From Acidimicrobiales bacterium (lineage in GTDB: Bacteria; Actinomycetota; Acidimicrobiia; Acidimicrobiales; QHCF01): a stretch of DNA of 58,692 bases. Shown here one piece after another: positions 18,545 to 28,809 of this stretch (the first letter of the stretch is position 1; the number at the start of each line of letters is the position of its first letter). A program made the translations under genes and the position numbers. Below the pieces are notes generated by a model. It saw only the letters and a program-made list of their open reading frames with translations, did no database searches and was not told where the DNA came from. Location: contig DAIROT010000009.1 of assembly GCA_036806345.1 (NCBI GenBank), positions 1 to 58,692 on the forward strand. The letters run 5' to 3'.

Positions 18545-19761
18545 CAGGGTGCCCCTGATCTCTCGTCGGCCCCCACCGTCACAGCCCGAGGAGCGGGTTC
18601 GGCGACCGGGCTGGCTGGGGGCGGCTCACCGCTGGCTCGCCCCACGGTCATGGAACGCGACAGGGCCATCGCCACCAATACGAATCCGCCAATGATGGCC
18701 AGCCCCCAGTAGACGCTCACCAGCATGCCCCCCACCACCAGCAACCACGCCAGAGAGAGGGGGATGAGCGCCTTCCAGCCCAGGTCCATGAGCTGGTCGT
18801 ATCGCAGCCTGGGCAGGGTGGCCCGCAGCCAGACGTAGCCGAAGAGGAACACCACGGTCTTGCCGAGGAACCACAAGATGGGCCACAACCAACGCACGAA
18901 GTGGGGGGCTGGGCCGTCGGGGCCCCCGAAGAACAAGGTCACCACCACCGCCGACATGGTGATGGTGTTCATGAACTCGGCCAGGAAGAAAAGGGCGAAG
19001 CGCACCGACGAGTACTCGGTGTGGAACCCTCCCACCAGCTCCTGCTCGGCCTCCACCAGGTCGAAGGGCGGTCGGTTGAGCTCGGCGGTCACCGCCACCA
19101 GGAAGATCAGGAAGGGCACGATCCCCAGGCGCAGGACGTTCCAGTCCGGCACGAAGCTGTAGAGGTGGCGACTCTGGTCGGCCACGATCTCCCGGGTGGA
19201 CAGGGACCCGGTGATCAGCACCACGGCGGCAATCGACAGGCCCATGGCCGCCTCGTAGGACACCATCTGGGCCGAGGCCCGTACCGAGCCCAGCAGCGGG
19301 TACTTGGAGCCTGAGGACCACCCCGCCAGCATCACGCCGTACACGGAGACGGACGACATGGCCAGGACGAACAGGATGCCTATGGGCGGGTCGGCTACCT
19401 GCAGCTCGGTGGTATGACCAAGGATGGTGACCACCCCGCCCACCGGCACGATGGCGAAGATGAGGAATGCCGGTACGGCCGACAGGTAGGGAGCCAGGCG
19501 GAACACCCGCCGATCGGCCTGCTCGGGCAGCAGATCCTCCTTGAAGAACAGCTTGACCCCATCGGCCAGGCTCTGCAGGATGCCCCACGGGCCGGCCCGG
19601 TCGGGCCCGATGCGGTTCTGCATGTCCGAGATCACCTTGCGCTCGGCCCAGATCAGCAACAGGACGGAGACGAGCAGGGCGACGAAGGCCACCAGGACCT
19701 TCACTATGACGATTATCACCGCCGCCAGGGTCAGGCCGTGGGCGAACAGCGGGTCGCCCAT
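18544..19761 (-). CDS. nuoH: NADH-quinone oxidoreductase subunit H
   Basis: 405 aa with motifs ERKVISDMQNRIGPDRAGPWGILQSLADGVKLFFKE and PFDLVEAEQELVGGFHTEYS. Confidence 0.95.
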   Translation of the reverse strand: MGDPLFAHGLTLAAVIIVIVKVLVAFVALLVSVLLLIWAERKVISDMQNRIGPDRAGPWGILQSLADGVKLFFKEDLLPEQADRRVFRLAPYLSAVPAFLIFAIVPVGGVVTILGHTTELQVADPPIGILFVLAMSSVSVYGVMLAGWSSGSKYPLLGSVRASAQMVSYEAAMGLSIAAVVLITGSLSTREIVADQSRHLYSFVPDWNVLRLGIVPFLIFLVAVTAELNRPPFDLVEAEQELVGGFHTEYSSVRFALFFLAEFMNTITMSAVVVTLFFGGPDGPAPHFVRWLWPILWFLGKTVVFLFGYVWLRATLPRLRYDQLMDLGWKALIPLSLAWLLVVGGMLVSVYWGLAIIGGFVLVAMALSRSMTVGRASGEPPPASPVAEPAPRAVTVGADERSGAP

Positions 19762-22427
19762 CAGGGGGTGTCCAGGCGTATGTCGGTGACCGAGGCGGTG
19801 GCATCGATCAGCTCCGAGACTCGATGCCCACCGTCGTCATCCACGTTGAACGCCATGGCAGCCACCCCTCTGGGAACCAGAGGGGTGGTCTCCACGGTGG
19901 TGACAAAGCTGGCCCGAGGCGACCTGACTCGAACCTGGTCACCAGTGCCGATACCCAGCCGATCGGTGTCATACGGATTGGCTCGCAGGACGCCGGGGGG
20001 CGCCAGCGGGGCCAGGGAGGGACAGGCCTGAACCAGGGTGCCGTGGTCATAAAGGGTCCGACCCGACACCAGGCGAAGTGAGTAGCCGTCCAGGCGAGGC
20101 ACCTCTGCCCCAGCCGGCCCCGGATCGAAGCGCATCAGTGCAGGCCGCCGGGGGCGGACCGGCTCGGGACCATCTGGCTCCCCCTCCCCTGCGCTGGCAG
20201 CGGGATGCGTCTTGGCCGGACCAACCACCCCTTGGCCCTGGGTAGGACCGTGCCTGCGGACCGCGCCAATACCCGGCGTGGCCATCGGATCGAGAGACCG
20301 GGTGGGCTGACCCAGGTGGACCAGGCCGATCGACAGCGGAGCCACCACCCCGTCGGCCGCCCAGGCGGCGGTCAGCACCGACCGCGTGATCCCGACGTGG
20401 GAGGGGACAAGCCGCTCGATCTCGTCCCAGATGGACTCCACCTCACCCAGGCCCAGGTCGGCCCCCAGGGCCAGGGCCAGCTCGACGGCAATCATCCAGT
20501 CAGCCCGGGCCACGCCGGGCGGGACCAGCTTCTGGGCCAGGCGGGAGATCCTTCCCTCCAGGTTGGTGGTGGTGCCCGGCCGCTCGGCGTAGGTGGCCGC
20601 CGGCAGCACCACGTCGGCTTGGCGGGACGAGTCGGTGAGGAAGGCGTCGACCGCCACCACGAACCCATCGCCGCCCAACGCCTCGCTGGCCAGGCGCCGG
20701 TCTGGGAAGTCCGAGAGCGGATCGGCCCCCAGCAACACCAGGGCCCCCATGTCGCCCCTGGCCGTGGCAGCCAGCATGCCAGCGCAGTCCAGACCCCGCT
20801 CGGAGGGCACCGAACCCCACTCCTCGGACCACCATGCCGCGCCCGCCTCCAGGGACACCCGGCCGGGCAGGACTCCGGGAGCCAGGCCCATGTCCAGCGC
20901 ACCCATCACGTTGGCCCGGCGCAACGCAGGCAGGAACCGGGCCGAGGGAAGGGCCTCGGCCAGCACACCGGCCGTCTCGGCCATCGCCGCCGCCGAGTCG
21001 GCCAGCGATGGCCGGCCCAGCACCACCACCACCCCCTCACCGTCGCCGTCGACCAGCGCGGCGACATCAGACCCACGTCCCGAGCCGGACACCACCTCTC
21101 GGGCCAGGGCCGCCACCTCACCGGGGCGATAGGTGAGCGAGACGGTGGCCAGCGCAGTCATGGCCGTGGCTGCCGGAGTGAGCTCCACCACCTTGACCTG
21201 GCCCTCCCGGACGGCCCCCCGCAGGCGCAGGAAGAGGACCGGCAGCTCCTCTCGCAGGTCGGGGGCCAGCAGGACGACGGTCCGGGCCGAGCAGGCCTGG
21301 TCGATGGTGGCCCGGGGCAGTCCCAGCACCACCTCGGCCGGCAACCCGTCGCCCAACTGGGCATCCACCGAGTCGGTCCCGATGACGGCCTTGGCCAGCT
21401 TGGCCCAGGCGTAGGCGTCCTCATTGGCCAGCCGGGCCCCACCGATGACCCCGATGGCACCGGGGCCCTGGCGCCTGCTCACCTCGGCCAATCCCGTCGC
21501 CGCCGCCTCCAGGGCCTCGGGCCAGGACGCCTCCACCAGTTCGCCACCCCGTCGAACCAGGGGTCGGGTCACCCGTGAATCACTGTTCACGGCCTCGAAA
21601 CCAAAGCGCCCCTTGTCGCACAGCCAGCTCTGGTTCACCGGATCCGAGTCGATCCCGAGATAACGGGTCAGGCGGTTGGACGACGACTGAACCGCCATCC
21701 GGCAGCCCACCGAGCACCACGTGCAGGTGCTCTCCACCTGCTCGACGTCCCAAGGGCGGGCCCGAAAGCGATATGGCTTGGCCGTGAGCGCCCCCACCGG
21801 GCAAATCTGCACTGTGTTGCCGCTGAAATAGGAGGCAAAGGGCCGGTCGGGAAAGGTGTTGATCTGGATCTGGTCCCCCCGCCCGATGAACTGGATGAGC
21901 GGGTCGCCAGCCACGTCGTCGGCAAAGCGGGTACAGCGGTCGCACTGGATGCAGCGCTCGCGATCCAGGGCAACCAGGTCAGAGATGTAGATCGGCTTTG
22001 CGAAATGGCGCTTCTCCTCGACGAAGCGGCTCTCCCCGGGACCGTAGGTGAGGGTCTGGTCCTGCAACGGACACTCCCCGCCCTTGTCGCATACCGGGCA
22101 ATCGAGGGGATGGTTGGCCAGGAGGAACTCGAGCACACCGTGCTGAGCCTTGGCCACCTTGACCGAGGTGGTAACCACCTCCTGGCCGTCGGCCACCGCC
22201 ACGAAGCAGGCCGGCTGGAGGGAGAAGCCCCTCGGCCCCTTGACCTCCACCAGGCACATGCGGCACATGCCCACCGAGCGCATGCGCGGGTGGTAGCAGA
22301 AGCGCGGTATGTAGACCCCGGCCCGCTCGGCGGCGGAGATGATCATCTCTCCCTTGCGGGCCGTCACCAGGCGGCCATCCAGGGTGACCGTCACCTCCTC
22401 GGCCGGCGCCTCTGTCGTCTGAGTCAT
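19761..22427 (-). CDS. nuoG: NADH-quinone oxidoreductase subunit G (molybdopterin-like Fe-S subunit)
   Basis: 888 aa. N-terminal 2Fe-2S/4Fe-4S cysteine clusters (CYHPRMRSVGMCRMCLVEV, HPLDCPVCDKGGECPLQD, CIQCDRCTRF) followed by a molybdopterin-oxidoreductase-like domain. Confidence 0.95.
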   Translation of the reverse strand: MTQTTEAPAEEVTVTLDGRLVTARKGEMIISAAERAGVYIPRFCYHPRMRSVGMCRMCLVEVKGPRGFSLQPACFVAVADGQEVVTTSVKVAKAQHGVLEFLLANHPLDCPVCDKGGECPLQDQTLTYGPGESRFVEEKRHFAKPIYISDLVALDRERCIQCDRCTRFADDVAGDPLIQFIGRGDQIQINTFPDRPFASYFSGNTVQICPVGALTAKPYRFRARPWDVEQVESTCTWCSVGCRMAVQSSSNRLTRYLGIDSDPVNQSWLCDKGRFGFEAVNSDSRVTRPLVRRGGELVEASWPEALEAAATGLAEVSRRQGPGAIGVIGGARLANEDAYAWAKLAKAVIGTDSVDAQLGDGLPAEVVLGLPRATIDQACSARTVVLLAPDLREELPVLFLRLRGAVREGQVKVVELTPAATAMTALATVSLTYRPGEVAALAREVVSGSGRGSDVAALVDGDGEGVVVVLGRPSLADSAAAMAETAGVLAEALPSARFLPALRRANVMGALDMGLAPGVLPGRVSLEAGAAWWSEEWGSVPSERGLDCAGMLAATARGDMGALVLLGADPLSDFPDRRLASEALGGDGFVVAVDAFLTDSSRQADVVLPAATYAERPGTTTNLEGRISRLAQKLVPPGVARADWMIAVELALALGADLGLGEVESIWDEIERLVPSHVGITRSVLTAAWAADGVVAPLSIGLVHLGQPTRSLDPMATPGIGAVRRHGPTQGQGVVGPAKTHPAASAGEGEPDGPEPVRPRRPALMRFDPGPAGAEVPRLDGYSLRLVSGRTLYDHGTLVQACPSLAPLAPPGVLRANPYDTDRLGIGTGDQVRVRSPRASFVTTVETTPLVPRGVAAMAFNVDDDGGHRVSELIDATASVTDIRLDTP

Positions 22428-22451
22428 GGAGCCACGTCAGGCATCTGCTCC

Positions 22452-23759
22452 TCAGGCATAGGGACAGCCTGCCTCTTTGATGTGGGTGAGGAAGTCGTCC
22501 CTGAACAAGCGGATGCCCGAGACTATCGGAGGCGGGATCGAAGGGCCGAGGGGGCAGATGGTCGTCTGCTCCGGGGGCCAGTAGTGCAACCCGGGGGAGA
22601 TGCCGTCGCACACATCCATGAGGAGGTCGAGGTCCTCCTCGCGGCCCACTCCAGACTCCAGGCGACGCATGATCTTCTCCAGCCAGCCACTGCCTTCCCG
22701 GCAAGGGGTGCACTGGCCGCAGGACTCCCGAGCGAAGAAGCGGGTGATCCGCCAGGCGGCCCGCACCACACAGGTGGAGTCGTCCATCACCACGATCGAC
22801 CCGGAGCCGAGCATGGAGCCGGCCTTGCCCACCGCGTCCTGGCGCAGGGGCAGATCCACCTGATCAGGGCCGAACCAGGGGGAGGAGGCCCCGCCGGGGA
22901 TGAAGCACTTGAGGCTGCGTCCCTCCGCCAGCCCCTGGCCGTACTCCGGTGCGTAGATGAGGTCGGAGAACGTGGTCTTGGCCATCTCCACCTCGTAGTT
23001 GCCGGGTCGGCGGACGTGGCCGGAGAGGGCGAACATGCGGGTCCCGGTGGATGTCTCCTCGCCCAGGGCGGCAAAGGCAGCCCCACCGTTGAGGATGATC
23101 CACGGCACGTTGGACATGGTCTCCACGTTGTTGACCACGGTTGGCTCACCGTAGAGGCCGATGGCAGCCGGGAAGTAGGGAGGCTTGATCCGGGGAAAGC
23201 CCCGCTTGCCCTCCAGGCTTTCCAGCAACCCGGTCTCGTCGCCGCAGATGTAGGCACCGGCCCCCGGGTGGACCACCACGTCCACCGAGAAACCGGAGCC
23301 GAAGATGTCGCGGCCCACCGCACCGTGGCGATAGGCCTCGTTGAGGGCGGCCTGCATCCGCTCCAGGCCCAGGGCGAACTCGCCCCGGATGTACAAGAAC
23401 ACCTGGGTGGCCTGAATGGCGTAGGCGGTAATGAGGGATCCCTCGATGATCTGGTGAGGGTCGCGCTCGATCAGCACATGGTCCTTGAAGGTGGCGGGCT
23501 CGCTCTCGTCACCATTGATCACCAGGTAGCGCACGGGAGCGGGCCGCAGCATCGACCACTTGCGCCCGGCGGGGAACCCGGCACCCCCCCGGCCCAGCAG
23601 GCTGGCCGCATTGACCTCCTCGGCCACGTCCTCGGGATCCATGGCCAACGCCTGGTGCAGGGCCTGGTAGCCACCGGTGGCCAGATAACGATCCAGGGTG
23701 TACGAGTCTTCCAGGCCCAAGCGGGCGGTGACGATGGTGGGATGCTCGGTGATGGTCAT
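22452..23759 (-). CDS. nuoF: NADH-quinone oxidoreductase subunit F (NADH/FMN-binding)
   Basis: 435 aa with motifs GRGGAGFPAGRKW, YICGDETGLLESLEG and ESCGQCTPCREG. Confidence 0.95.
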   Translation of the reverse strand: MTITEHPTIVTARLGLEDSYTLDRYLATGGYQALHQALAMDPEDVAEEVNAASLLGRGGAGFPAGRKWSMLRPAPVRYLVINGDESEPATFKDHVLIERDPHQIIEGSLITAYAIQATQVFLYIRGEFALGLERMQAALNEAYRHGAVGRDIFGSGFSVDVVVHPGAGAYICGDETGLLESLEGKRGFPRIKPPYFPAAIGLYGEPTVVNNVETMSNVPWIILNGGAAFAALGEETSTGTRMFALSGHVRRPGNYEVEMAKTTFSDLIYAPEYGQGLAEGRSLKCFIPGGASSPWFGPDQVDLPLRQDAVGKAGSMLGSGSIVVMDDSTCVVRAAWRITRFFARESCGQCTPCREGSGWLEKIMRRLESGVGREEDLDLLMDVCDGISPGLHYWPPEQTTICPLGPSIPPPIVSGIRLFRDDFLTHIKEAGCPYA

Positions 23760-24448
23760 GGCCGGTGGCCCTGGCCCTCGTCATGGCCGCCGGCGGCGTC
23801 CTCCTCGGCGGCCTTGGCGGCCTCGGCGGCCGCTTCCCTGACGGCCTTGCGCTCGGCGATGGCGGCATCGGCGACGCCCCGCTCGGCCACCACCACAGCG
23901 TGAGGAACGGCCAGGCCGCCCTCTCGAACCACCCGGCTGAGCAGACCGTGGGCGGGCACCACCTCGGCCAGGCGGCCCGACCTCAGGTCGTCCACCAGGG
24001 CGTCGAACCTCTCGTTGGTCACCTTGGGAAAGAAACGGTAGTTGACCTGGAGGCAGGGAGCCTGATCGCAAAAGGCGATGCACTCCACCTCTTCCAGGGT
24101 GAACTCACCGTCGGCAGTGGTGGTCCCCACCCGGGCCCCCAGGTGCTCCTCGGCGTGGGCCATCAGCTCGTAGGCCCCGTTGAGCAGGCAGGCGATATTG
24201 GTGCAGACCCCGATCAGGTGGCGACCCACCGGCTCGGTGTGGAGCATGTCGTAGAAGCTGACGGTGCCCAGGACCTCGGCGGGGGTCAGATCCAACAGCT
24301 CGGCCACGTGCTCCATGGCCTCGGGGGTGACCCAGCCATCCTGGGCCTGGGCCAGGTAGCAGATGGGCACCAGGGCCGAGCGAGGCTGCGGATAGAGAGC
24401 AATGAGGTCTCTGGCCCGGGCCACCAGCTCCGGTCCGAGACGGCTCAT
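23756..24448 (-). CDS. nuoE: NADH-quinone oxidoreductase subunit E (2Fe-2S)
   Basis: Thioredoxin-like 2Fe-2S motifs (CTNIACLLNG...EVECIAFCDQAPC) and an Ala/Glu-rich C-terminal tail. Confidence 0.93.
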   Translation of the reverse strand: MSRLGPELVARARDLIALYPQPRSALVPICYLAQAQDGWVTPEAMEHVAELLDLTPAEVLGTVSFYDMLHTEPVGRHLIGVCTNIACLLNGAYELMAHAEEHLGARVGTTTADGEFTLEEVECIAFCDQAPCLQVNYRFFPKVTNERFDALVDDLRSGRLAEVVPAHGLLSRVVREGGLAVPHAVVVAERGVADAAIAERKAVREAAAEAAKAAEEDAAGGHDEGQGHRP

Positions 24449-25743
24449 CAGCGATCCACCTCGCCCATCACCGGATCCACCGAGGAGATCACTGCCACCG
24501 CGTCGGCGATCAGACCGCCCCTCATCATGGCGTCCAGGCTCTGGAGGTTGACGAACGACGGAGCCCGGATGTGCAGCCGATAGGGCTTGGACGAGCCGTC
24601 CGACACCAGGTAGCAGCCCAGCTCCCCCCGGGGGGACTCGACGGCCACGTAGACCTCGCCCTCGGGCACCTTGAAGCCCTCGGTGAAGATCTTGAAGTGA
24701 TGGATCAGCGCTTCCATGGACTGGTCGATGCGGGCCCGGGGAGGAGGGGTCACCTTTTTGTCCTGCACCCGGTAGTCGCCGGTCGGCATGCGCTCGACCA
24801 CCTGGCGAATGATGCGGATGGTCTCGCGCATCTCGTTGAGCCTCACCGCATAGCGGTCGAAGGTGTCACCATAGGTGCCCACCACCACGTCGAAGTCCAC
24901 CTGGTCGTAGAAGAGATAGGGCATGGTCCGGCGCAGGTCCCAGGGCACGCCAGCGGCTCGCAGGATGGGCCCGGTGGCCGACAGGGCCAGGGCCTGCTCG
25001 CCGGTGACGGCACCCACCGCCTCCGTGCGCTCGCGGAAGATGGGCTGGCCGGTGAACATGTCGTCGTACTCGTCCAGGCGGGGCAGGACGGCATCGCAGA
25101 TGGTCACCACATCGTCCTCCCAGCCGTCGGGCAGGTCGGCCGCCACCCCGCCGGGGCGGATGTAGTTGTGGTTCATGCGCAGCCCGGTGACCTTCTCGAA
25201 GAACGACAGCACCATCTCCCGTTCTCGAAAGCCATAGATCATCATGGAGGTGGCCCCCAGGTCCATCCCGTTGGTGCCCATCCAGATCAGGTGGGAGGAG
25301 AGACGGTTGAGCTCGGCCATCAGCATGCGGATCCAGGTGGCCCGCTCGGGCAGCTCCACGCCCAACAGGGCCTCGGTGGCCAGGGAGAAGACCAGCTCGT
25401 TGGCCAGGGGGGACAGGTAGTCCATCCGGGTGACATTGGTGGCGCCCTGCAGGTAGGTCAGGGCCTCCCCCGTCTTCTCCATGCCCGTGTGCAGGTAGCC
25501 CATCACCGGCTTGGTGCCCAGGACCGTCTCACCGTCCAGCTCGATCACCAGTCGCAGCACCCCATGAGTGGAGGGATGCTGGGGGCCCATGTTGATGACC
25601 ATGGTGTCGCCCTCGCCAGGCTCCATGTTCATGTCAGCCTGGCTCATGTCGGCCTGGTTCACCTCAGCCTGGTCGCCGCCCGCCGCCGGAGGCTGGCCCC
25701 GGGTGACGACACCACTGGCCGACTGGCCCTCGGGCTCGCTCAC
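24448..25743 (-). CDS. nuoD: NADH-quinone oxidoreductase subunit D
   Basis: The core begins MVINMGPQHPSTHGVLRL and ends DAVAVISSVDPVMGEVDR. The chosen GTG at 25743 overlaps the nuoC stop (GTGA). The ORF-track start at 26103 overlaps nuoC and is judged an over-extension. Confidence 0.9.
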   Translation of the reverse strand: MSEPEGQSASGVVTRGQPPAAGGDQAEVNQADMSQADMNMEPGEGDTMVINMGPQHPSTHGVLRLVIELDGETVLGTKPVMGYLHTGMEKTGEALTYLQGATNVTRMDYLSPLANELVFSLATEALLGVELPERATWIRMLMAELNRLSSHLIWMGTNGMDLGATSMMIYGFREREMVLSFFEKVTGLRMNHNYIRPGGVAADLPDGWEDDVVTICDAVLPRLDEYDDMFTGQPIFRERTEAVGAVTGEQALALSATGPILRAAGVPWDLRRTMPYLFYDQVDFDVVVGTYGDTFDRYAVRLNEMRETIRIIRQVVERMPTGDYRVQDKKVTPPPRARIDQSMEALIHHFKIFTEGFKVPEGEVYVAVESPRGELGCYLVSDGSSKPYRLHIRAPSFVNLQSLDAMMRGGLIADAVAVISSVDPVMGEVDR

Positions 25744-26309
25744 GACCGAGGGCCCGGCGCTTCCTTGAACTGGACCGGGACCTTGCCCACCGCGTAGTCC
25801 TTGCGCAGGGGATGACCCTCCCAGTCGTCGGGCATGAGGATCCGGGTCAGGTCGGGATGGCCGTCGAAGCAGATGCCCAGGAGGTCGTAGGCCTCTCGCT
25901 CCATGGCCGCCACTCCCGGGTAACGATCGGTCAGCGAGGGCACATGGGGATCGCCCTCGGGGACCTGGACCCGCAACCTGATCCGCTGGCGATGCTCCAC
26001 CGACAGCAGGTTGACGACCACCTCGAAGCGCTCGGGTACCACCCCGTCCGGCAGTTGGCGCCCCGGGTGAGTCAGGTAGTCGACCGCGCACAGGTCGGCG
26101 CACATGTGGAAACCCTCACCGGCCAGCACCGCCGCCAGGGTGGGGTACTCGATCCGGGACGGGTGCAGCACCAGCTGGTCCCGAGACCGACTGATGGGGA
26201 CGCCGTAGTGGTCGAGCTCATCGGGCTCAGGCTGCTCGGCCTCCCCCTGGCCGGGCTCAGGCTGGCCGGGCTGAGAGTGCTCGAGGTCTGACGGTGCTGG
26301 TGCGGCCAT
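25740..26309 (-). CDS. nuoC: NADH-quinone oxidoreductase subunit C
   Basis: 189 aa, motif ERFEVVVNLLS...YPGVAAMEREAYDLLGICFDGHPDLTRILMPDDWEGHPLRKDY. Confidence 0.93.
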   Translation of the reverse strand: MAAPAPSDLEHSQPGQPEPGQGEAEQPEPDELDHYGVPISRSRDQLVLHPSRIEYPTLAAVLAGEGFHMCADLCAVDYLTHPGRQLPDGVVPERFEVVVNLLSVEHRQRIRLRVQVPEGDPHVPSLTDRYPGVAAMEREAYDLLGICFDGHPDLTRILMPDDWEGHPLRKDYAVGKVPVQFKEAPGPRS

Positions 26310-26884
26310 CAGTGCGGTGTCCCGACGTTGACCTTGATGGGCTGCGCCCCGGCCCGATCAGGCAGGCCGCCCTCGGTCAGGCGCAGCCCGGCTCCCGCTC
26401 CGGTCTCTCGCCGGCGCCGGGTGATCTCTCCGGTACGGATCTGCTCATGGAGGGTCAAGATAGAGTGCAGGAGCGTCTCCGGCCCGGGCGGGCAGCCAGG
26501 GGCGTAAACGTCGACGGGCACGATCTGGTCGACGCCCTGGACGATGGCGTAGTTATTGAACATGCCGCCGGTGGAGGCACACACCCCCATGGAGATCACC
26601 CACTTGGGCTCCATCATCTGGTCGTAGACCTGGCGCAGGACGGGTGCCATCTTTTGCGAGACCCGGCCAGCCACGATCATCAGATCGGCCTGGCGCGGCG
26701 ATGCCCTGAAGACCTCCATCCCGAAGCGGCTGATGTCGAAGTCAGCCGCCCCCGTCGCCATCATCTCTATGGCGCAGCAGGCCAGGCCGAAGGTGGCCGG
26801 CCAGACACTGTTGCGCCGGCACCACTTGACCAGCTCCTCGATGGGAGCGGTGAGAAAGTTGTGGTTGAGGCTCTCTAATCCCAT
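26309..26884 (-). CDS. nuoB: NADH-quinone oxidoreductase subunit B
   Basis: 191 aa, N2-cluster cysteines ([10 protein letters not shown]...[13 protein letters not shown]...[10 protein letters not shown]). Confidence 0.95.
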   Translation of the reverse strand: MGLESLNHNFLTAPIEELVKWCRRNSVWPATFGLACCAIEMMATGAADFDISRFGMEVFRASPRQADLMIVAGRVSQKMAPVLRQVYDQMMEPKWVISMGVCASTGGMFNNYAIVQGVDQIVPVDVYAPGCPPGPETLLHSILTLHEQIRTGEITRRRRETGAGAGLRLTEGGLPDRAGAQPIKVNVGTPH

Positions 26885-26923
26885 GTCTCAGCTCCGCCCC
26901 AGGTGGCCATTGCTCAGCGCCGC

Positions 26924-27361
26924 TCAGGCCGCCTCGTCGGCTGACCGCCCGTACCGGCGCACGGTCGACTCCGTGGTCCGGCCCGGAGTGGCCGGCCGCA
27001 GCCGCTTGACCGGGCCCCAGTCGAGGGCGCCGTTGCTGATCAGGTACATGAAGGCGGCAAAGACGGCCGCTGCGAACACCAGCATCTCCACCAGGCCGAA
27101 GGTGTTCAGCTCCCGGTAGATCACCGCCCACGGATAGAGGAAGACGATCTCGATGTCGAAGACGATGAAGATCATGGCCACCAGGTAGAACCGCACCGGG
27201 AAGCGCTCGGCCGGCCCTCGGTCGGGCACGATGCCGCACTCGTAGGGCTCGGACTTGGCCGGGGTGGGCTTGCGAGGGGCCAGCAGCCTGGAGGCCAGGA
27301 AGGACAGCCCGGCGAAAAGCGTCGCCAGCACCATCAGGGCGAAGATCGGCAGGTACTGCAC
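26924..27361 (-). CDS. nuoA: NADH-quinone oxidoreductase subunit A
   Basis: 145 aa, motif [10 protein letters not shown]...[27 protein letters not shown]. First gene of the operon. Confidence 0.93.
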   Translation of the reverse strand: MQYLPIFALMVLATLFAGLSFLASRLLAPRKPTPAKSEPYECGIVPDRGPAERFPVRFYLVAMIFIVFDIEIVFLYPWAVIYRELNTFGLVEMLVFAAAVFAAFMYLISNGALDWGPVKRLRPATPGRTTESTVRRYGRSADEAA

Positions 27362-27483
27362 GCCGCGGTTCTACCACGATCCGGGGTCGCGTGGGCCGGC
27401 CGGCCCACCGCTTCGCCGGGCAATGGACGCAGATCCGGGGATGCACCCAGCGGCAGGTACAGAGCCGGATTACTCTGACGGTC

Positions 27484-28116
27484 ATGGCTCCCACCATTGC
27501 CAGAAGGACGCCGATCCTGGCCGCCGGCCTACTGGTCGGGATGTTGGCCGGTTGTACCGGCCACTCGGCGGCACCTGGTGGAGCTGGCGGAGGCCCGGCC
27601 CAGAACGCGACCGCCAACCGGGGGAGCGACACTGGCAGGACCATGCGCTTCCAGCTGGCGGCCGTCGGCTACCCAGCGGTGGCGGCATCCCTGCCGGGCC
27701 AACCGCTGGGCACGTCTGGTAGCGCCATCTCTGGCCTCGATCTCGAGGTATGGCTGCTGCAGCGCAGCGGGAGCCACGCCGTGCTCGTGGTGTTCGCCTT
27801 GCACAATCCCGGATCCGAGAGGGTTCCCACCGGCATCACTGCAGCCGCCCTCAGCGCCAACCACAACAGCGCGGGCAGCACCAACACGGTGAGCGGCGTC
27901 TCGGCGGTGGACGGCTCGGGCCTGAAGCAGTACCTGCCCTTCATGGTTCGTCCGGGCGACGACCAGACCTGTGTGTGCAGTGACATCCAACTGAACGACT
28001 ACCGCCCGGGCGAACGGGACTATTACGCCGCACTGTTGGCGGCTCCGCCGAGCGACGTCAAGACGCTGACAGTGGTCACCGGGCTCGGGTCGGTCCCTAA
28101 CGTTCCCCTGAGCTAG
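27484..28116 (+). CDS. Lipoprotein (signal peptide + lipobox LAGC), beta-rich domain of the type often fused N-terminally to actinobacterial OmpA-family proteins
   Basis: MAPTIARRTPILAAGLLVGMLAGC, then ...VSAVDGSGLKQYLPFMVRPGDDQTCVCS...TLTVVTGLGSVPNVPLS. The stop abuts the next ATG (TAGATG). Confidence 0.65.
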   Translation: MAPTIARRTPILAAGLLVGMLAGCTGHSAAPGGAGGGPAQNATANRGSDTGRTMRFQLAAVGYPAVAASLPGQPLGTSGSAISGLDLEVWLLQRSGSHAVLVVFALHNPGSERVPTGITAAALSANHNSAGSTNTVSGVSAVDGSGLKQYLPFMVRPGDDQTCVCSDIQLNDYRPGERDYYAALLAAPPSDVKTLTVVTGLGSVPNVPLS

Positions 28117-28725
28117 ATGATGGAGCGACGTGCGCCCCGAGGCCGACCGCTCATCCTGCCTTTCGCAACGGCGGCCCTGGTAGCCGCCCTGGTGGTCACC
28201 CTGGCGTGGACGGCACCGGTCCCGCTGGCGTCGGCGTCAACGGGGCCACCGTTGCCCGCACCAGCAGTGCGCGACCTGAGCCCTCGGGTGAACGACCTCA
28301 CCCCCCGAGTGATCGACGTGCGCCCGGCGGTGAGCCAGACTCCATCGGCCACCTCGATCACCGTCCCCTCCGACGTGCTATTCGCCTTCGGACGCTCCGA
28401 CCTGTCACCGCTGGCTCAGTCCGTCCTGGGCGACGTGGTCAACAAGCTGAACGCCGCCTCTCCGGGAGTGGTGACCGTGACTGGGTACACGGACTCCGTC
28501 GGCGCGGACGACTACAACCTGGCACTGTCCCAGGCCCGGGCCCAGGCCGTCCAGGCCTACCTGGCCTCCAAGGTCACCCAACCCGGGCTGACCTACCAGG
28601 TGGTCGGCATGGGAAAGGCCGACCCTGTGGCCCCCAACACCAACCCCGATGGGACCGACAACCCAGACGGTCGCCGCCAGAACCGGCGGGTGACGGTCCA
28701 GTTCGCGGTGAAGCCTGGGGGCTGA
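28117..28725 (+). CDS. OmpA/MotB C-terminal-like (peptidoglycan-binding) domain protein
   Basis: Signal/TM at the N-terminus. OmpA_C motifs LFAFGRSDLSPLAQSVL...VTGYTDSVGADDYNLALSQARAQAV..YL...NRRVTV. Confidence 0.8.
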   Translation: MMERRAPRGRPLILPFATAALVAALVVTLAWTAPVPLASASTGPPLPAPAVRDLSPRVNDLTPRVIDVRPAVSQTPSATSITVPSDVLFAFGRSDLSPLAQSVLGDVVNKLNAASPGVVTVTGYTDSVGADDYNLALSQARAQAVQAYLASKVTQPGLTYQVVGMGKADPVAPNTNPDGTDNPDGRRQNRRVTVQFAVKPGG

Positions 28726-28809
28726 GACTCGGTTCGTAGCCGGGGCGGTACAGTCGGGAGTGGGGGCAGGACGGGTGAGCGCACCCCCTCTATTTCGGAA
28801 AGGTGGTTT

